Notes: a model not told the origin generated them from the letters alone. Numbered from the stretch's first letter, positions 29,524 to 39,541 are shown. The stretch is 64,000 bases of DNA from Myxococcota bacterium (GCA_965223415.1 OZ245002.1:928001-992000), one strand, 5' to 3'. Numbers and translations: made by a program.

Positions 29524-30606
29524 GTGCGGGAGCTGCGCGACATCCTGGCCGCCTTCGCCGAGCTGGCGGAGGACGAGACGGCGATCCTCACCAGCGTCGT
29601 CCACGCCGCCGGCTCCACCTACCGCCGGCCCGGCGCCCGCATGCTGGTCCTGCCGGACGATCGCATGATCGGGCTGATCAGCGGCGGCTGCCTGGAAGGC
29701 GACCTGCTCGAGCACGCCGGCCGCGTACGCGCCGAGGGCGAGGCCCGCCTCGTCCACTACGACGCCACCGCGGAGGACGACATCCTCTGGGGCTCGGGCC
29801 TCGGCTGCGCCGGGATCGTCGACGTGCTGCTCGAGCCCGTGTCCTCCGCCGGTGCGGGGCCGCTGCCCGCCCTCGCCGCCTGGCGCGAGGCCCGGCAGAC
29901 CGGCGTCCTCGCCACCGCCTTGGGGCCCGGCGAGCTCGGGCGTCGCTGGGCGCTCCACCCGGACGGGCGCATCGAAGGGCCGCCGGCCCCGAACGAGGTC
30001 CGCGCCGCCCTCGAGGAAGGGCGCGCCGGCGGACGCTCCCGGCGGGTCGCCGGCGCCGGCGGCGACCTGGCCGTCGAGGTTGTGCCGCCGCCCCTGCGCC
30101 TCGTGGTCTTCGGCGCTGGCCCCGACGCCGGGCCGGTCGCGCGCCTGGCCCTCGAACTCGGCTGGGACGTTGCCCTGTCCGACCCGCGCCCGGCCTCCGC
30201 GCGGCCGGATCGCTTTCCCGGTGCGAGCGTGCACTGCGTGCCGGCGGAGGAGGCGGTGGCCGCCGCGGCGATCGACGCCGGAACGCACGTGATCGTGATG
30301 ACCCACCACTACCTGCACGATCGCGCGCTGCTCGAAGGCCTGCTGCCCTCGCCAGCGCCCTACGTGGGACTGCTCGGCCCGAAGCAGCGCGCCCGCGACC
30401 TGCTCGCCGACCTCGCCGACCAGGGCGCCTGGTTCTCCGAGGAAGAGCTGGCGCGGCTTCACGCGCCGGCGGGCCTCGACCTGGGCGGCGAGGGCCCCGA
30501 AGCCATCGCGCTCTCGCTCGTCGGCGAGGTGCAGGCCAGAGCCCAGCAGCGGCCCGGCGGCTGGCTTCGCGCCCGCAAGGGCCCGATCCACGATCCCAGC
30601 CCGTGA
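29524..30606 (+). CDS. XdhC/CoxI family Moco maturation protein
   Basis: GSTYRRPGARM, ISGGCLEGD, LGCAG, VFGAG.DA, YVGLLGP..R and PAGLDLG...PE.IALS. Start chosen at GTG (MRELRDI); alternative ATG at 29503. Confidence 0.9.
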   Translation: MRELRDILAAFAELAEDETAILTSVVHAAGSTYRRPGARMLVLPDDRMIGLISGGCLEGDLLEHAGRVRAEGEARLVHYDATAEDDILWGSGLGCAGIVDVLLEPVSSAGAGPLPALAAWREARQTGVLATALGPGELGRRWALHPDGRIEGPPAPNEVRAALEEGRAGGRSRRVAGAGGDLAVEVVPPPLRLVVFGAGPDAGPVARLALELGWDVALSDPRPASARPDRFPGASVHCVPAEEAVAAAAIDAGTHVIVMTHHYLHDRALLEGLLPSPAPYVGLLGPKQRARDLLADLADQGAWFSEEELARLHAPAGLDLGGEGPEAIALSLVGEVQARAQQRPGGWLRARKGPIHDPSP

Positions 30607-30616
30607 GGGGCGCGTC

Positions 30617-31201
30617 GTGAAGATCGCCGCGGTCCTGCTCGCGGCGGGCGGCTCGAGCCGGCTCGGCCGGCCGAAGCAGCTGCTCGAGCACGACGGCGAG
30701 CCCCTGGTGCGACGAGCGGCACGAGCCGCCCTGGGCGCGGGCGTCGACGAGCTGGTGGTGGTGACCGGCGCCGAGGCCGCCGCCGTCGAAGCGGCCCTCG
30801 ACGGGCTGCCGCTGCGCCGGGTCCGCAACGACGACTGGCGGCAGGGCCTCGGCCGCTCCATCGCCTGCGGCGTCGAGGCCGTGGCGGCGGACGCCGTGCT
30901 GCTCCTGCTCGCGGACCAGCCAGCGGTGGACGCGGCGCTCCTGCGCGAGCTACTGGCCGCCGGCCGCGAGGGCCACCGGCGGGTCGCCTGCGCCTACGCG
31001 GGCGGGCTCGGCGTCCCCGCCCTGTTCGCTGGCGGGGCGGATCGCGAGGCGCTCCTCGCCCTGGAGGGCGACGGGGGTGCCCGCGGGCTGCTCGCGGCCG
31101 ACCGGACCTCGGTGCACGCGATCCCCGCCGAGCAGGCCGCCTTCGACGTCGACGACGAGGCCGACTGGTCGCGCTGGAGGGAACGCCGTGACTCCCGCTG
31201 A
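30617..31201 (+). CDS. Molybdenum cofactor cytidylyltransferase (MocA-like)
   Basis: LAAGGSSRLGRPKQLL, N.DW.QG.G.SI, LADQP, GD.GAR and DVD motifs. Follows the xdhC-like gene. Confidence 0.88.
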   Translation: MKIAAVLLAAGGSSRLGRPKQLLEHDGEPLVRRAARAALGAGVDELVVVTGAEAAAVEAALDGLPLRRVRNDDWRQGLGRSIACGVEAVAADAVLLLLADQPAVDAALLRELLAAGREGHRRVACAYAGGLGVPALFAGGADREALLALEGDGGARGLLAADRTSVHAIPAEQAAFDVDDEADWSRWRERRDSR

Positions 31202-31537
31202 GCGAGATGCCCTGCACGCCCAGCTGCTCCGCCTGCGTGCCGACCTCCGCCAGCACGCCGCCGCCACCGACGCGGCGGCCCAGCCCGTGATCTCGACCAG
31301 CCCATCGGGCACGTGTCCCGCATTGACGCGCTCCAGCAGCAGCAGCTCGCCCGGGCCCAGCGCGATTCCGCCCGCGCGCGCCTGCAGCAGGTCGACGCCG
31401 CCCTCGCGCGCCTCGAGCGCGACGAGTACGGCGAGTGCGCCGCCTGCGGCGAGGAGATCGAGCTCCGCCGTCTCACGGCGCGACCCGAGAGTGCCTTCTG
31501 CCTGCCCTGCCAATCCCGGCGGAAGGCCCGGAGCTGA
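31188..31537 (+). pseudogene. TraR/DksA C4 zinc-finger gene with an apparent 1-nt frameshift
   Basis: GTG at 31188 after GGAGG. Adding one base near 31289 gives ...AQPVDLDQPIGHVSRIDALQQQQ...YGECAACGEEI...RL.ARP...FCLPCQ. Confidence 0.75.
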
Positions 31538-31538
31538 C

Positions 31539-31901
31539 CTACTCGGAGCTGGCCGCCAAGAGCGCCAGCTGCGGCTCCACGACGGGCCGCGTCGGCCAGG
31601 CGGTGACGTAGAGACGAGCCTGGACCCGCTCCACGCCCTCGACGGCTCGGACGATCTCCGTCATCCGACTCCGCTCGGCCTCGGACCGGACGAAGCCCTG
31701 GAGCCGGACCGCGCCCTGATGCACCGCGATCTCGGCCCCGCGGGTCGAAATGCCGCCGCGCGCGAGCGCGGACTGCACCCTGAGCTCCAGGACTCCATCG
31801 GGATGGGCGAGGCCCCAGGCGAGAGCCGCCACGGCGAGAACCGCGACGACGAGGGCAGAGCGAACCAGGCCGAGCATCCAGCGGCGGGGGCGGTCGTGCA
31901 T
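31539..31901 (-). CDS. Small BON domain protein
   Basis: N-terminal hydrophobic helix, then V..GAV.LQG.V.S.AE......V.GVERV...L. Confidence 0.75.
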   Translation of the reverse strand: MHDRPRRWMLGLVRSALVVAVLAVAALAWGLAHPDGVLELRVQSALARGGISTRGAEIAVHQGAVRLQGFVRSEAERSRMTEIVRAVEGVERVQARLYVTAWPTRPVVEPQLALLAASSE

Positions 31902-32046
31902 GCTTCACCTTCGGACCCGGGCGGCGTGCGGAGCAACCGCTCGGGGGCGTCTGCGGCGGTGACGCCTGGGGGGGTACCCGGAAGGTCGAGCAAGGTCGAA
32001 TCCGATGCTGTGTCCCCCGTCACGTTTTTGGGGCAGGCTTCCGGAC

Positions 32047-33306
32047 ATGACCGAGACACGAATTCCCGACGGCGAGGGGCGTGAATTCCGCGTCACCCTC
32101 GACCGGGCCGGGACGCGCACACCCGAGCACCCGACGCACCCGCAGGTGAGCCTGCTCTCGCCGGACTTCTACGCCGGCCCCCATCCGCTCCTCACCTGGA
32201 TGCGCGAGCACGCCCCCGTCTACTGGGACGACGCCACCGGCATCTGGGGAATCGCCCGCTACGCGGACGTCATGCAGGTCTCGAAGGACTGGGAGACGTT
32301 CTGCTCGGGTGAGGGCTCGCGGCCCGACAGCTCGGTACCCAGCATGATCAACCGCGATCCGCCGGAGCACATCCTGCGGCGGCGCTTGATCAGCGCCGGC
32401 TTCACCCCCCGGCGGGTGGAGGACCACGAGCCCTTCCTGCGCCGCAAGGTGAACGAGCTGATCGACGGAGTGTGCGAGCGCGGCGAATGCGACTTCGTCG
32501 CCGAGCTGGCCACGCCGCTTCCCATGTACATGATCGGCGCCCTGATGGGCCTCCCGGAGGCGGACCACGAGAAGCTCCTGCGCTGGTCCGATCTCTTCGC
32601 CACCGGTGGCGAAGAGGTGCTCGAGGACGTGGTGCCCGCGGTCCGGGACTACGCCGACTACATCATGGCCATCGTCGAGGAGCGGCGGGGCGGAGCGGGC
32701 GAGGACCTGGTGAGCCTCGTCGTCAACGCCGACGTGGACGGCGAGCGCCTCAGCGATACGGACCTGATCTTCGAGACCATGCTGGTCCTCGTCGGCGGAG
32801 ACGAAACGACCCGCCACGTGATCTCCGGAGGCCTCGAGGCGCTCCTGCGCCGCCCCGACGAGCGCCGCCGGCTCGAGAAGGACGCAGCCCTGCTCCCCAC
32901 GGCCGTGGAGGAGATGCTGCGCTGGGTGACGCCCATCCAGAACATGAACCGCACCGCCACCCGCGACGTGGTGCTCGGCGGCCAGCGGATCCGCGAAGGG
33001 GATCGCATGCTGCTCCTCTACCCCTCGGCGAATCGGGACGAGCGCGTGTTCCCCGACCCCTTCCGCTTCGACGTGGGCAGGACGCCCAACGACCACGTCG
33101 CCTTCGGCGGCTTCGGCCGCCACCACTGCCTGGGGGCCCAGCTCGCGCGCCTGGAGCTGCGTGTGCTCTTCGAGGAGCTCTTCGCGCGCCTTCCGGACGT
33201 GGCGCTGGCCGATCCGGAGGTGGAGCTGCCGCGACGGCGCGGAAACTTCGTGCTCGGGCTGGAATCGATGCCGGTGCGCTTCACGCCGGCCGCCGCTCGC
33301 GGCTGA
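32047..33306 (+). CDS. Cytochrome P450 (CYP125/142-like)
   Basis: DPPEH, GGDETT, EEMLRW (ExxR), SANRDE and the heme motif FGGFGRHHCLGA. Confidence 0.92.
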   Translation: MTETRIPDGEGREFRVTLDRAGTRTPEHPTHPQVSLLSPDFYAGPHPLLTWMREHAPVYWDDATGIWGIARYADVMQVSKDWETFCSGEGSRPDSSVPSMINRDPPEHILRRRLISAGFTPRRVEDHEPFLRRKVNELIDGVCERGECDFVAELATPLPMYMIGALMGLPEADHEKLLRWSDLFATGGEEVLEDVVPAVRDYADYIMAIVEERRGGAGEDLVSLVVNADVDGERLSDTDLIFETMLVLVGGDETTRHVISGGLEALLRRPDERRRLEKDAALLPTAVEEMLRWVTPIQNMNRTATRDVVLGGQRIREGDRMLLLYPSANRDERVFPDPFRFDVGRTPNDHVAFGGFGRHHCLGAQLARLELRVLFEELFARLPDVALADPEVELPRRRGNFVLGLESMPVRFTPAAARG

Positions 33307-33684
33307 TCAGTTGCGAGCGGCTGCCAGGCTCACGATCTCCGGGTAGAACGCCAGGAGCCCTTCGATCGCCGCGACCTGGTCGAAGGCGTCTTCGTAGGTC
33401 CACACCGCGTTCTCCGCCACGGCGTCGCCGCAGCGGAGGGTGTAGTAGCGGGCGTGGCCCTTGAACTTGCACCAGGTGGTGTGATGGGTGCGCTCGAGGA
33501 GGGCCGGGGCGACGTCTTCCCGCGGCAGGTAGTAGCGGGGCGGACAGCGGGATTCGCGGAGCACCCGCGCCCGCGAGCTCTCGGCCACGACCCGGCCGCC
33601 GAAGGTGACGCGCACCCGGGTCGGCTCGTCGTCGATCGTGATGCGGTGGTGCGGATGCTCCGCGTAGGCAGGCGAGCCGGCCAT
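33307..33684 (-). CDS. DUF427 domain protein
   Basis: YYLPREDV, T.CKFKG.A.YY, AVWTY and AFYP motifs. Confidence 0.88.
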   Translation of the reverse strand: MAGSPAYAEHPHHRITIDDEPTRVRVTFGGRVVAESSRARVLRESRCPPRYYLPREDVAPALLERTHHTTWCKFKGHARYYTLRCGDAVAENAVWTYEDAFDQVAAIEGLLAFYPEIVSLAAARN

Positions 33685-33701
33685 GCGGGGTAGGATACGG
33701 C
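33685..33701. promoter_or_regulatory. Overlapping divergent -10 boxes for two putatively leaderless genes
   Basis: 17-bp gap GCGGGGTAGGATACGGC. TAGGAT lies 5 nt before ATG 33702 and TATCCT lies 7 nt before ATG 33684 on the minus strand. Confidence 0.6.
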
Positions 33702-34580
33702 ATGAACGACGCCTGGGAGCTGGACGAGCTGCTCGCCGTCCTCGAGCCCTCGGAGACCGGCCCGGGGCGCTTCCGCGGCACTTCGGCGCCGGCGCGCCTG
33801 CGTCCCGACGAAGGGCAGCGCGCCATGGTGGACGGAAGCCAGCTCCTCGCCCAGGCCCTGGTGGCCGCACGGCGCACCGCTGACGACCGCTTCGTGAAAT
33901 CCGCCCACATGATCTTCGCGCGAGCTGCCAGCGCAGCCGCCCCGGTCGAGCTGCACGTCGACCCTCTTCACGCTGGCCGCAGCTTCAGCAGCCTCTCCGT
34001 CGACGTCCGCCAGGGCGAGCGCGCCTGCGCCCGCGGCCTCTTCCTGCTCGACACCGGCGCCCCGGACTACGTCCACCACGCCATGCCGATGCCCGCCGTC
34101 CTCCCGCCGGAAGACGCCACACCTTTCGCCTACCCCGTCCGCGGCCGGGAGATCCGCATCGCCGAAGGCGCGGACTTCCGGGATCCCGACGCCATCGGCC
34201 CGCCCCGCCTCGACGCGTGGATCCGCTACACCGCCCCACCCGACGACCCGGCCCTCGGGCAGGCCCTCCTCGCCCACGCCTGCGGCCCCTTCACCATCGG
34301 CACCTCCATGCGCCCCCATCCGGGCTACGGCGAAGCCCTCGCCCACCACACCCTCACGACCGGCGTGCTCTCCCTCACCGTGCACTTCCACGAGCCCTCC
34401 GCCCTCGAGGGCTGGCTCCTCTACGCCCACGAGAGCCGCCACGCGGGCCGCGGGCTGTGCGACGGCGACGGAAAGATCTTCGAGCGCGGCGGACGGCTGG
34501 TGGCCTCGTTCCAGCAGGCGGCGCTGCTGCGGGAGATGGCGTCGGGAGTGTTCGGAAAGGATGTGCGGGCGCGGTTCTGA
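33702..34580 (+). CDS. Acyl-CoA thioesterase II (TesB-like, double hotdog)
   Basis: GSQLLAQALVAA, SAH..F, GRSF, V.FH.P...WLLY and G.LVASF.Q. Confidence 0.88.
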   Translation: MNDAWELDELLAVLEPSETGPGRFRGTSAPARLRPDEGQRAMVDGSQLLAQALVAARRTADDRFVKSAHMIFARAASAAAPVELHVDPLHAGRSFSSLSVDVRQGERACARGLFLLDTGAPDYVHHAMPMPAVLPPEDATPFAYPVRGREIRIAEGADFRDPDAIGPPRLDAWIRYTAPPDDPALGQALLAHACGPFTIGTSMRPHPGYGEALAHHTLTTGVLSLTVHFHEPSALEGWLLYAHESRHAGRGLCDGDGKIFERGGRLVASFQQAALLREMASGVFGKDVRARF

Positions 34581-34599
34581 GCGGGGGCGGCGTGGAGGT

Positions 34600-34876
34600 G
34601 CGGGCGGCCTTCTTGCCTGTGGGCGCGGAGGAGGCGCGCCGGTTCGGGCGCGACCTCCGGTCTCCGACGCACGTGCGGAATGCCATCCGCTACGTGCTTC
34701 TGAAAGCCCGGCGGCACCTGCGGCAAGCGACCGGCGTCGTGCCGCTGGATCCGGCCTCCTTGGCCCGCTGGTTCGACGGCTGGAAACGAGAAGCGTCCGT
34801 TCTGGTTCGCGAGGCCCGCACCCGCCCCGGCGGCCATCTCCGCGCCGTCGCCCGCCGCGATCGACCCAGCCCCTAG
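34600..34876 (+). pseudogene. C-terminal remnant of a RAYT-like (Y1 HUH) transposase
   Basis: LRSPTHVRNAIRYVLLKARRH...DPASLARWFDGW resembles the RAYT catalytic-Tyr region (YVLLN.RRH...DP.SS..WFDGW). The HUH half is absent. Confidence 0.6.
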
Positions 34877-36390
34877 GCGACCCCCGGCCGTCGCTCCCCC
34901 CAAGGCCGCGCCGCCTCCAGCTCGTACGCCAAGCCGAGAAGCGTCCCCTCCTCCCCGGTCCGCGCCGCGAAGTGGCTCCCGATCGGAAGTCCGTCGGAGC
35001 TCCAGCCGAGGGGCACGGACATGGCCGGCTGGCCCACGGCGTTCCAGGTCGGCGTGTAGGACACGTAGTCGAAGAGGGGCTCGCGGATCTGGTCGAAGCT
35101 GAGGGTGCCGCCCTGGGTTCCGAGGCGAATTGGCGGGGTGCGCAGCACCGGGGTGAGCAGCAGGTCGTAGCCCTCGAAGAAGGCGGCCATCTGGCGCTGG
35201 TACTCGGCGAAGAAGGCAACGCCGCGCTCCGTCGTGTCGGCCGGCTGGCGGCGGAAGTGCTCAGCCATGCCCAGGGTGACGGGCTCGAGGACGTCTGCGG
35301 GATCGAGGCCGCGCTCCCGGGCGGCGGCGACGAGGCCGGCGGGGCCGGAGGTCCACAGGTTCAGGAAGTGCTCGCGGAACTCGGGGCCTCGGTAGTCGGG
35401 GCCTGCGGGCTCGACCCGGTGGCCGAGCTCGGCGCACAGGGCCGCGGTGGCTTCGATCGCCGCCTTCACTTCCGGGTGGGCTTCGTCGCCGTAGGCGTTG
35501 GCGGTGTGGAAGGCGATGCGCAGGCGGCGGCCCCGAGGCCCGTCCACGACGCCGGTCGGCGGGAGCTCCCGGCCGGCGTCGTGGCGCTCGGTCACGGCCA
35601 GGTAGTGGGCGCTGTCGCGCACCGTGCGGCTCACCGCGTGCTTCACGGAGATGTCGAGGGCTCGATTGCGCGGCTGCTTGGGGTTGCGCCCGCGGCTCGG
35701 CTTGAGCCCGAACACGCCGCAGCAGGAGGCGGGGATGCGGATCGAGCCGCCGCCGTCGGAGGCCTGGGCCATGGGCAACATGCCGGCGGCCACCGCCGCC
35801 GCGGCGCCACCGGACGAGCCGCCGGTGGAGTGCTCGAGGCTCCAGGGGTTGCGGCAGGGGCCGAGCAGCGCCGATTCGGTCGTCGCGACCAGGCCGAACT
35901 CGGGCGTGTTGGTCTTGCCGAGCACCACGAAGCCGCCCTCGAGGGTCTTCTCGGTGTGGGGGGAGCTCTGGGCCGGCACGTAGTCGGCGAACAGCCGCGA
36001 GCCCATGGTGGTGCGCACGCCGGCCAGATCGTTCAGGTCCTTCAGCAGGAACGGCACCCCCCGGAAGGGGCCGTCCGGCAGCGGACCCTCGGCCCGCTCG
36101 AGGGCACGCTCGAACACGCGGGTGACCACCGCGTTGATCGGTCCGTCCAAGGCCTCGATGCGTGCGATCGTCCGCTCCACCAGCTCGCGGGGAGTCGCCT
36201 CACGGCGGCGCACCAGCGCGGCCTGGCCGAGGGCATCGAGACCTTCCAGTCCGTCTCCGCGGTCGGCGGCAGCCGGCGGAGAGGCCACGGGCTCGAAGCC
36301 GAGACCGCCGCAGGCGGCGGCCCCGAGGCCGGCGGTGACGATGAGGAACTCGCGCCTCCGCAGGCGCGCGGCGAAGCCGGTCGAACTCAT
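34873..36390 (-). CDS. Amidase signature family protein with Tat-like signal
   Basis: RRREFL...AAAC signal, GVPFLLKDL, GKTNTPEFG, GGSSGGAAAAV and SDGGGSIRIPA. Confidence 0.92.
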   Translation of the reverse strand: MSSTGFAARLRRREFLIVTAGLGAAACGGLGFEPVASPPAAADRGDGLEGLDALGQAALVRRREATPRELVERTIARIEALDGPINAVVTRVFERALERAEGPLPDGPFRGVPFLLKDLNDLAGVRTTMGSRLFADYVPAQSSPHTEKTLEGGFVVLGKTNTPEFGLVATTESALLGPCRNPWSLEHSTGGSSGGAAAAVAAGMLPMAQASDGGGSIRIPASCCGVFGLKPSRGRNPKQPRNRALDISVKHAVSRTVRDSAHYLAVTERHDAGRELPPTGVVDGPRGRRLRIAFHTANAYGDEAHPEVKAAIEATAALCAELGHRVEPAGPDYRGPEFREHFLNLWTSGPAGLVAAARERGLDPADVLEPVTLGMAEHFRRQPADTTERGVAFFAEYQRQMAAFFEGYDLLLTPVLRTPPIRLGTQGGTLSFDQIREPLFDYVSYTPTWNAVGQPAMSVPLGWSSDGLPIGSHFAARTGEEGTLLGLAYELEAARPWGERRPGVA

Positions 36391-36466
36391 GGGCGGGTCG
36401 CTCCCTGGCCGCAGTCTAGTGGCTTTCGTTGCCGAGGGGCCGCGGCCGTGATAGCTCCCGCAGGCC

Positions 36467-37852
36467 ATGGCTCATCCCAGCGAGGTCGTCGTCCTCACGC
36501 CGCCGTCGCCGAGCGGCGGGCGCGGCAGCCTCCGCGAGGTGGGCTGGCTCGCCTACCCGGTCATCCTGAGCCAGATCTCCAGCACGGCGATGGGTGTGGT
36601 CGATTCCGCGATGGTCGGCCGCCTGGGCGCCACCGAGCTCGCCGCCGTGGGCTTCGCGGGAATCTGGTGCTGGACGCTGTTCTCGTTCTTCTACGGCACG
36701 GCGACCTGCGTGCAGACCTTCGTGTCCCAGGACCACGGCGCCGGGCGCGAACGCCACTGCGGGCACTGGGCGTGGCAGACCCTGTGGCTGGTCGTCCCCG
36801 CCGCCGTCCTGGCCGCCGCCGTCCTCGCCCTCGTGGCAGGCGAGGCACTGCGCCTGCTGGGGCCCTCCCCCGAGCTCCAGGAGAGCGCCGAGGCCTACCT
36901 CCGCCCCCGGCTCCTGGGCTCCGTGGGCATGAGCCTCGCCTTCGTGTGGATCTCGTTCTTCCGGGGCATCGGCGACACCCGCACGCCGATGATCGCCGCC
37001 GTGGTCGCGAACGTGATCAACGCGGTGCTCGACTACGGCCTCATCTTCGGGGAGCTCGGCCTGCCCGAGCTGGGCGTGGTCGGCGCCGGCACCGCCACGG
37101 CTGTCGGCGAGTGGAGCTACGCCCTGTTGGTGCTGGTCCCGGCCCTCCGCTGGCGGCGGGTGCGCGAGACCTTCGGCACGGCGCCGGTGGGCCCGCGGCC
37201 AGGCGACCTGCGCCGCCTCCTGCGCACCGGGGTCCCAGTCGGCGGCCAGTGGGTGATGGACATGCTCTCCTTCGCCGTCTTCACCACCTTCGTCGCCCGC
37301 ATGGGCGACGCTTCGATGGCCGCGAGCCAGGCCTTCGTGGCACTCCTCTCCATGTCCTTCATGCAGGCTTCGGGGATTGCCGTCGCCGCATCGACCCTCG
37401 TCGGCCGCTACATCGGCGCCGGGGACCTGCAGGCCGCCGTTCGCAGCTTCTGGACCTCCCAGCTCTTCGCCGGCGTGCTTGCGGTGATGGTGGCCGCCCT
37501 GTTCCTGGCGGTTCCCGACGTGATGATGGGCATCTTCAGCGACGACCCGGAGGTCATCTCCCTCGGCGCGCCGCTCGTGCGGCTCGGCGCCTTCTTCCAG
37601 CTGATGGACGCCGCCGCCATCGTCTCCTCCGGCGCCCTCCGCGGCGCCGGCGACACCCGCTGGCCCTTCGCGGCGCAGACGCTGCTCGGTTGGGGGCTCC
37701 AGGTGCCGTTGGCGTGGCTCCTCGGCGTCGCCCTGGGCGGCGGCCTTCGCTGGGCCTGGGTCGCCGCGACGATCTACATCACGATCCTGTCGGGCCTGCT
37801 GCTCTGGCGCTTCCGCTCGGGGCGCTGGCAGGAGATGGACATCCGCGCCTGA
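36467..37852 (+). CDS. MATE family efflux transporter
   Basis: About 12 TM helices with VDSAMVGRLG...LAAVG, RGIGDTRTP and GALRGAGDT. Confidence 0.92.
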   Translation: MAHPSEVVVLTPPSPSGGRGSLREVGWLAYPVILSQISSTAMGVVDSAMVGRLGATELAAVGFAGIWCWTLFSFFYGTATCVQTFVSQDHGAGRERHCGHWAWQTLWLVVPAAVLAAAVLALVAGEALRLLGPSPELQESAEAYLRPRLLGSVGMSLAFVWISFFRGIGDTRTPMIAAVVANVINAVLDYGLIFGELGLPELGVVGAGTATAVGEWSYALLVLVPALRWRRVRETFGTAPVGPRPGDLRRLLRTGVPVGGQWVMDMLSFAVFTTFVARMGDASMAASQAFVALLSMSFMQASGIAVAASTLVGRYIGAGDLQAAVRSFWTSQLFAGVLAVMVAALFLAVPDVMMGIFSDDPEVISLGAPLVRLGAFFQLMDAAAIVSSGALRGAGDTRWPFAAQTLLGWGLQVPLAWLLGVALGGGLRWAWVAATIYITILSGLLLWRFRSGRWQEMDIRA

Positions 37853-37892
37853 CCTCAGCCTGCCGACCGGGACCGGACGTGCGCGCCTGACG

Positions 37893-38411
37893 CTAGGCCC
37901 GCCAGTCCCGGTGCTGGAGGTAGGCCGGCTGGGCCCGGGCCTTCCGCTGCCTCCGGCCGAGCTGCTCCGCCAGCCACTGGAACCACTCGTGGGTGTCGTC
38001 GCGGCCCTGCTCCTCGCGCAGGGTCTCGACCCAGCTCTCCACCTTCGTCCAGAGCGTGACGATCGCTCCGCCCATCAGATCGTCGACGACCTCCATGGGA
38101 ACGATGCGCCGGAACACCATCACGCCGATGCTCTCGATGGTGGTGGACACCACCATGGCCAGGGTCTCCGCCTCGGCTCCGCGCTCGCGCAGCTCCGTCG
38201 CCGGCATCCGATCGGGGAGCGACAGCAGGAAGGTGTAGGCCCGTGTGAACTCCGCGCTCTGGAAGGAGCGGAGCAGCTCGATCGAAGCCGCCTCCAGGCG
38301 TTGGCGTCGGAACTGGCGGATCTGGATCACAGCGAAGGCGACGCCGCCGACGACGAAGAGGGCGCCGAGGATCTCGGCGAGATCCGCCAACGTGCCGAGC
38401 TGGGTTTCCAC
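37893..38411 (-). CDS. Hypothetical membrane-anchored protein (DUF4760-like)
   Basis: N-terminal TM helix, ESIGVMV and R......EWFQWL. Confidence 0.7.
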   Translation of the reverse strand: METQLGTLADLAEILGALFVVGGVAFAVIQIRQFRRQRLEAASIELLRSFQSAEFTRAYTFLLSLPDRMPATELRERGAEAETLAMVVSTTIESIGVMVFRRIVPMEVVDDLMGGAIVTLWTKVESWVETLREEQGRDDTHEWFQWLAEQLGRRQRKARAQPAYLQHRDWRA

Positions 38412-38460
38412 GGCTGCCGATGGTAGGAGCGCCGGGCGCCGCGTGGTAGGCCGCGGCCCA

Positions 38461-39531
38461 TCAGCGCAGTGCGTCGAGGGGGACCACCGCCGTCTTCGGC
38501 TCCGGCGTCTCCTCCGCGCCGACCCAGCGCAGCGCCAGGGCGCCGCGGGCGTGGCCGGCCGTGTCGAGCCAGTTCGGCACCCCCGGGTCGCGGCGCGCCA
38601 CGACGATGCGCACCCGGCCGCTTGCGTCGGCCACGGCGGTGTGATGGTTCACGTGGGTCTGGTGGCTCATGAAGTCGAGGGACTCGAGCCAATGATTGCC
38701 GATCTGCAGGTTCCAGTACTCGCAATCGGGCGGATCGAGGTCGACGATGAAGGCCTCGTCCTCGTCGATCTCCCAGTAGCCGTAGTGGTAGCTGGTGTTC
38801 GGGTCGCCCTGGGCGAAGGCCAGGAGGCTCGGGTCGAGAGGCCGGATCTCGTGGCGGTGGGCCTCGAAGCTCTTCGTCCAGTTCAGGAACTGCGCGGTCA
38901 CGCCGTCGATCATGGCGGCGGCCCGGGTGAGCGAGCCCGCGAAGCGCGCGGGATCCAGGGGACGCGGCGGGGGCGGCTCGCCCTGGCGGACGAGCTCCAT
39001 CTCGGCGCTGCGTTGGCGCGCGCGCTCGAGCAGGGTCTGGCGCACCTGGAGCGAGTTCGTGCGCTCGCCCATCGGCAGCCAGTTGCCCGGCCGTCGCTCC
39101 CGGGAGACGGCGATCTCGAAGCCGCCGTCTTCCTCCACCTGCAGTGCGCCGCTCTCCAGGTAGCCGTCGCGCACCAGGCCCTCGGGCGTGCCGAGGCCGC
39201 CGGAGTAGGTGCCGAAGCCCACCATGTGGGCATCGCCCAGGCTACCGCGGATCGCGTACTCGGCCTTCGGATCGAGGCGCGCCTGGCCGTAGACGTAGTC
39301 CGGGTTGTCGAGGCCGATCTTCGGGGTCTCGCCGAAGAGGGGCTGGCGGGAGCCGGCGGGGCGTTCGACCGCGGTGCGCAGGAAGGCGCGGGTGAGCCGA
39401 CTCAGATAGCGGAAGCCCTCGGAGCGATCGAAGTCGTCGTCGGGGGCGGCGTCCAGGATGCGCTCGCCGGTGCGCTTCAGGCTGTCGCAGAGCTCGGCCC
39501 AGGCGGCGGCGTCCTTCGGGGTCTCGGTCAT
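38461..39531 (-). CDS. DUF1214-containing protein
   Basis: EGFRYL.R, GLDNPDYVY, YWN.Q..N.W.ESLD and DPGVPNWLDT.GH..G...RW. Confidence 0.8.
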   Translation of the reverse strand: MTETPKDAAAWAELCDSLKRTGERILDAAPDDDFDRSEGFRYLSRLTRAFLRTAVERPAGSRQPLFGETPKIGLDNPDYVYGQARLDPKAEYAIRGSLGDAHMVGFGTYSGGLGTPEGLVRDGYLESGALQVEEDGGFEIAVSRERRPGNWLPMGERTNSLQVRQTLLERARQRSAEMELVRQGEPPPPRPLDPARFAGSLTRAAAMIDGVTAQFLNWTKSFEAHRHEIRPLDPSLLAFAQGDPNTSYHYGYWEIDEDEAFIVDLDPPDCEYWNLQIGNHWLESLDFMSHQTHVNHHTAVADASGRVRIVVARRDPGVPNWLDTAGHARGALALRWVGAEETPEPKTAVVPLDALR

Positions 39532-39541
39532 GGCACGCTCC

